NCBI GenBank assembly: GCA_048497675.1
Contig: JBHJNC010000039.1
Span: 1 to 33,193 of the forward strand
Direction of reading: 5' to 3'
DNA: 33,193 nt
Source: Gimesia maris
Lineage (GTDB): Bacteria; Planctomycetota; Phycisphaerae; Sedimentisphaerales; Anaerohalosphaeraceae
Shown: piece by piece, positions 29,276-33,193 of the stretch
How positions within the stretch are numbered: the first letter of the stretch is position 1
Layout: each line of letters opens with the position of its first letter
The notes under the pieces: generated by a model
What the model was told of the DNA's origin: nothing
The model's input: the letters and a program-made list of their open reading frames with translations, nothing else
Database searches by the model: none
Made by a program: the position numbers and the translations under genes

Positions 29276-30541
29276 TTATTTAAATCGTTCGCGCCATGAC
29301 CACAATCCCATTCCTGGGTTGGAAATATAGAAAATCTCTTCGCCTGCGACGGTATTGAATCCATTCTGCAGTTTATCCGGGTTGTATCGCTGTGTCATCT
29401 GGTTAAGGTCGGCATACTGGAAATTGATGGATTCAATTTCCTTTTTGCTGGTATGCCCGGGACAATAGGTAACACTGAACCGTCCCTCGGTAGAGCCATG
29501 AATCAGGTGAGCTGCGGCACTGAGGTTGTTTCGGAGTTCTTCGTTTTGCCGGACGAGTTCAAGGACCTTGTCGGTGCCGACATAGCCGTACTTGCGAATC
29601 AGCCGGTCAATTTCCTTGTCTTCGCCGAATTCTTTAAGCCCCGGAGCCAGTACAATCAGTTCGCCTCCGTCAGCCATCGCCATGCGTGTTCGATAAATAG
29701 ATTTGTTGCCCAGCCATGTACTTTTGAATTCATGCGGATCGAGATAGACAACTACTTTTTTCAGCGGCTTATCAAGCATCTGAAAATTGACCTTTAGCGA
29801 CAATTCGGCCGCTTTCACAAAGCACTCAAAATCATTGCCGATAAACAGTCCGCGAACCACAGGTCCTGCGGCAGTGGCTTCAACAACGGTTAGAATATAG
29901 ACAATCGGCAAATGGCTGGCAAAATGTTCCGATGCGTAGTTGAGTACTTTGCGGACGGGGGTTTCAGCTCGGCCCATAATCCGTTCCATACCATAAACAG
30001 CGCCGAGATAATGGCTCTTATTGATGCCTTCAGCACCGCCGGTGCCCACGAAGATATTCTTATTATGATTTGCCATCCCGATCACTTCGTGCGGTACGAC
30101 TTGTCCGGGTGAGAGGATTAAATCATATTCGCCGTTGACCAGCAGTTTGTTGACCTGTGCGGGCCAGGTAAAATCCAGTTTGCCTTCGCTGACCTGCCGG
30201 ATAAAGTCCGACGGAACATGGCCGAGTGTAACGATGTCGTTACGCCAGTCATGGTTGCGAAATAACGAAGTAGGAACATCGCCGAACATACGCTTAATTT
30301 CCGGCTCAGTCATTGCAAAGTGGGTACCCAGAGCAGGTAAAATGTCCGTCATTTTATCGCCATAGTAACGCCATGCCATTTGCGTCAGTTCCCCCGCCCG
30401 TGAATAGAAGCGGGTTCCATCCGGGGGCACGGCCAGCACTTTGCGTTTGACGCCGAGTGCGTCGAATGCCTGGTACAGTCCCTGTTTAAGGTCGTCGCTG
30501 CTTAAAATGTCATTTTCGCTTCCGCGAGCGTAATAGAGCAT
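29276..30541 (-). CDS. LarA (lactate racemase) superfamily protein, probable D-mannonate/D-gluconate 2-epimerase (GntE-like)
   Basis: PPDGTR, ALGTH, NHDW and PHEVIGMANHNKNIFVG match LarA-family D-x-TR, GxH, NHD and PH...K motifs; hexuronate gene context. Start at MLYYA after AGGA. Confidence 0.75.
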   Translation of the reverse strand: MLYYARGSENDILSSDDLKQGLYQAFDALGVKRKVLAVPPDGTRFYSRAGELTQMAWRYYGDKMTDILPALGTHFAMTEPEIKRMFGDVPTSLFRNHDWRNDIVTLGHVPSDFIRQVSEGKLDFTWPAQVNKLLVNGEYDLILSPGQVVPHEVIGMANHNKNIFVGTGGAEGINKSHYLGAVYGMERIMGRAETPVRKVLNYASEHFASHLPIVYILTVVEATAAGPVVRGLFIGNDFECFVKAAELSLKVNFQMLDKPLKKVVVYLDPHEFKSTWLGNKSIYRTRMAMADGGELIVLAPGLKEFGEDKEIDRLIRKYGYVGTDKVLELVRQNEELRNNLSAAAHLIHGSTEGRFSVTYCPGHTSKKEIESINFQYADLNQMTQRYNPDKLQNGFNTVAGEEIFYISNPGMGLWSWRERFK

Positions 30542-30554
30542 AATTTGTCCTGAA

Positions 30555-31373
30555 TTAGACTCCGCTAAATGCGCTGAATCCGCCATCGATCGGAATGACC
30601 GTGCCCGTTACAAATTTGGATGCATCGCTGATCAGCCATCGAACGGCTCCAAACAATTCGTCAGGGGTGCCGAATCGGCCGGCGGGGGTGTGAGCGATGA
30701 TGGTCTTGCCGCGAGGGGTCAGTTCACCGGTTTTCTGGTCGGTCAGCAGAAAGCGATTTTGTTCTGTCAGGAAAAAGCCCGGAGCGATTGCATTGACGCG
30801 AATGTCGGTTGAATAATTCTGGCACAGATGGACTGCCAGCCACTGGGTAAAATTGCTTACCGCAGCTTTGGCCGCTGAGTACCCGCAGACTTTGGTCAGT
30901 GGCTTAAAGGCACTCATACTGGATATATTCAAAATATTTCCCTGTTTTTGCTCGGCAAAATATCGCCCGAAAACCTGTGAAGGCATCAGGGTACCCATAA
31001 AGTTCAGGTCAAAAACACTCCGCATGACATCGGCGGGCATATCATAAAATTTCATCTCATCCGAAGTGGTTGCGTCTTTCTTGTTACCCCCGGCGCCATT
31101 AATCAGTACATCGATTCCTCCCATGCTGTCCAAAGCACAGGAAAAAGCCTCGGCGATCTCGTTTTTGTCTAATACATTGATGCGTATCGGCAGGGCAAAT
31201 CCGCCGGCGGCGGTTATTTTTTGGGCGACCTGGTTGGCCCTGGTGTCATCATAATCAGCAATGCAAACCTTGGCGCCGGCTGAAGCTAAATCTTCAGCAA
31301 TAGCACCACACAATACCCCAGCACCGCCAGTGATAACGACGCGTTTACCTTGAATATCAAAAATGTTTCCCAT
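30555..31373 (-). CDS. SDR-family D-mannonate oxidoreductase / fructuronate reductase (UxuB/UxuD-like)
   Basis: TGGAGVLC, NGAGGN, NISSM, YSAAK and APGFFLTEQNR motifs; context with uxaC and uxaE. Confidence 0.85.
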   Translation of the reverse strand: MGNIFDIQGKRVVITGGAGVLCGAIAEDLASAGAKVCIADYDDTRANQVAQKITAAGGFALPIRINVLDKNEIAEAFSCALDSMGGIDVLINGAGGNKKDATTSDEMKFYDMPADVMRSVFDLNFMGTLMPSQVFGRYFAEQKQGNILNISSMSAFKPLTKVCGYSAAKAAVSNFTQWLAVHLCQNYSTDIRVNAIAPGFFLTEQNRFLLTDQKTGELTPRGKTIIAHTPAGRFGTPDELFGAVRWLISDASKFVTGTVIPIDGGFSAFSGV

Positions 31374-31420
31374 TATAAGACCTCACTATTAAATCGATGA
31401 ATTGCTCTGTTATTTAAAAG

Positions 31421-31434
31421 ACTCACGACTTGAG
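31421..31434. promoter_or_regulatory. Putative operator O1 (CTCA-N5-TGAG)
   Basis: ACTCACGACTTGAG, over the predicted start site of the leftward operon; a second copy lies at 31484. Confidence 0.55.
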
Positions 31435-31438
31435 CTAT

Positions 31439-31466
31439 ATTATAGCAAATAAAATCGAATATTCAA
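31439..31466 (-). promoter_or_regulatory. Promoter of the hexuronate operon
   Basis: Minus strand TTGAAT, 16 bp, TATAAT with extended -10 (TGcTATAAT). Confidence 0.7.
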
Positions 31467-31476
31467 CAGAATTATC

Positions 31477-31504
31477 TTGAAATACTCACATATTGAGGTA
31501 TTAT
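31477..31504 (+). promoter_or_regulatory. Promoter of ROK regulator/uxaE, containing putative operator O2 (31484-31497)
   Basis: TTGAAA, 16 bp, TATTAT; the spacer holds ACTCACATATTGAG. Confidence 0.55.
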
Positions 31505-31510
31505 TTATTT

Positions 31511-32713
31511 ATGGATATAAGTGCGATAGATTCCAAAAATGCAGGTATCAGGAACGAAAAGCTGGTCATCGGGGTACTCCGGAGCCGGGGTGGGCTTTCA
31601 CAGGCTGAAATTGCCAAAAAAACTGGTCTTTTAAGCTCCACAATAACCTATATCGTAGGTCGTCTCCGTGCCAAAGGGCTTATTCTTGAAAAGCCGGGTC
31701 AGAGCAGCAAGAGAGGCGCAAAGCCGATTTTAATTGAAATTAATCCGGCAGGACAGTTTATTGTAGGTACAGAAATCAACCCCAGCTATTTGTTAACGGG
31801 GTTATTCGATTTTAAAGGTGATTTAGTTGATTTGATCAAAATTCCTTTAGGACAAGATCATTCGGTTGATACCATTATCCACATTCTTGAAGTCAACATT
31901 AAAGGTCTCTTGAGTCGACATCCTGTGCCAGTCGATAAGCTGGCTGGGGTGGGTATAACTCTCAGCGGTTCGATCTCAGTTGATGGGTCTGTCCAGTTGT
32001 CCAGTCCCTTAGGATGGAAGAATGTGCCCCTTAAGACGCTGCTGGCCTCTAAATTTGATTGTCCTGTTGATGTTTTTACCACAAAAGTCCGTTTGCTGGC
32101 CGAGATGAGCATGCAGCCTTCGCTGGATTCCAGGAATACCGTGTATGTGAATGTCGGCAATGGAGTCGGTGCAACGGTGATTGTGGATGGGAAACTCATT
32201 CATGGAGCCACGAATCGATGCGGTGAACTTGGGCATATAATCATAGATTCGGAAGGTCCTATGTGCGGATGCGGACAGCGGGGTTGTTTGGAAGCCCATA
32301 TTTCAGGCCCCGCTATCTTGAAAAAAATCAAAGAAGACCTGAATCGTGGTGTAAAGTCTATATTATCTGAATTAATCAATAACCTGTTAACTCCTGAGGA
32401 CATGGCGGAACAATGGAAACTGGCTTTGCAGAAAAAAGATTCTTATGCCATGAAATTGCGGGATTTTGTTGCGGACAAACTAAGTCGTGCCGCGGCGATT
32501 GCTGTTAATCTCTTTGATCCAGATGTTTTAGTTCTTGCCGGATATATTAATGAGGTCAGTTCGGACTATTTTGCAGAGACTATCCGGAAGCGATTTGTGA
32601 CCGATGTGTACGACCAATCGTCCCGGAAAATTGAAATCGTAAACGCCTGTGCCGGCCAGCAAGCCTTGATCCGAGGGGTGGCCGCCGCAGTTTTGGAAAA
32701 ACAATTCAGCTGA
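31511..32713 (+). CDS. ROK-family transcriptional regulator (NagC/XylR-like)
   Basis: N-terminal winged HTH (LSQAEIAKKTGLLSSTITYIVGRL); GELGH and CGCGQRGCLE ROK motifs. ATG 31511 preferred over TTG 31493. Confidence 0.93.
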   Translation: MDISAIDSKNAGIRNEKLVIGVLRSRGGLSQAEIAKKTGLLSSTITYIVGRLRAKGLILEKPGQSSKRGAKPILIEINPAGQFIVGTEINPSYLLTGLFDFKGDLVDLIKIPLGQDHSVDTIIHILEVNIKGLLSRHPVPVDKLAGVGITLSGSISVDGSVQLSSPLGWKNVPLKTLLASKFDCPVDVFTTKVRLLAEMSMQPSLDSRNTVYVNVGNGVGATVIVDGKLIHGATNRCGELGHIIIDSEGPMCGCGQRGCLEAHISGPAILKKIKEDLNRGVKSILSELINNLLTPEDMAEQWKLALQKKDSYAMKLRDFVADKLSRAAAIAVNLFDPDVLVLAGYINEVSSDYFAETIRKRFVTDVYDQSSRKIEIVNACAGQQALIRGVAAAVLEKQFS

Positions 32714-32737
32714 CAGAAAAATTATGAGGTAGAAAGC

Positions 32738-33193
32738 GTGAAATTACAGAAATACTCAATGGGGATAGGCGATCGTTTTGGGCATCAGGCTAAGGCCCAG
32801 CTTAAAGCAATTATTCAAGCAAAAAAGCAGGGAGTAAATATCGCCCCGGTATGGAATAAATCCAATCGCGAACATTCCATCATCGGAACAAATCCCGCGG
32901 ATGTACGCAGGGAAGCAGACGCTGCGGTCAAGGCGTTAAAATGGACGGATCCCTACTATGTCGATGCGGATCATATTAATATGAATAATGTGGACGGTTT
33001 TATCGCCCACAGTGATTTTTTTACTCTGGATGTGGCTGATTATATCGGCAAAAAAGCAGGCGATCAGGAGCTGGCCCAGTTTCTCAAATCGGCATCCAAA
33101 TATGCGGGTACCCTCCAGATTCCGGGCATTGAAAGCCGATTCACAATTACTCAGCACGACATAGAGAAAATCGGCGGTAAGTTTCTTTTTGCC
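32738..33193 (+). CDS. uxaE: Tagaturonate/fructuronate epimerase family protein (3'-truncated), missing from ORF track
   Basis: GTG start after GAGGT. Translated by hand as MKLQKYSMGIGDRFGHQ...WNKSNREH...YYVDADHI...FTLDV, matching UxaE GxGDR, SxRE and DADH motifs. Confidence 0.85.
   Translation, partial: MKLQKYSMGIGDRFGHQAKAQLKAIIQAKKQGVNIAPVWNKSNREHSIIGTNPADVRREADAAVKALKWTDPYYVDADHINMNNVDGFIAHSDFFTLDVADYIGKKAGDQELAQFLKSASKYAGTLQIPGIESRFTITQHDIEKIGGKFLFA

Noticed and set aside
29257-29364. N-terminal extensions of the PfkB kinase, the LarA-like protein (30542-30586) and gnd (28137-28148) in the ORF track
   Set aside because: SD-preceded downstream ATGs give cleaner starts, and the first two extensions overlap the upstream genes.
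32936-33157. 73-aa minus-strand ORF at the window end
   Set aside because: Antisense shadow of uxaE, which the track missed because it has no stop codon inside the window.

Overview
This window is core bacterial chromosome, most likely Planctomycetota (Phycisphaerae-like). That assignment is inferred from protein signatures and gene order, not from a search. From 1 to 23046 on the + strand runs the transcription/translation supercluster: the 3' part of rpoC, then rpsL-rpsG-fusA with no tuf, the S10 and spc clusters with no rpmD, secY-adk-map-infA-rpmJ, and the alpha cluster rpsM-rpsK-rpsD-rpoA-rplQ, ending at a bidirectional terminator. The - strand carries glnS, tRNA-Lys(CTT) and a hexuronate catabolic operon (SDR fructuronate reductase, LarA-family GntE-like epimerase, PfkB kinase, gnd, uxaC). 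That operon is divergent from a ROK regulator and a truncated uxaE. Most notable: (1) ribosomal protein L22 has an N-terminal Cro/XRE-like helix-turn-helix domain and a 3-residue insertion in its exit-tunnel hairpin; (2) a promoter-led, densely structured ~270-nt RNA lies where tuf normally sits; (3) two terminator-like hairpins separate a divergent fusA from rpsL-rpsG; (4) a degenerate 25-bp dyad recurs near translation genes; (5) the hexuronate genes suggest a nickel-pincer-dependent mannonate-to-gluconate route with no UxuA in the window, controlled by paired operators 63 bp apart. No mobile elements or CRISPR arrays were seen.
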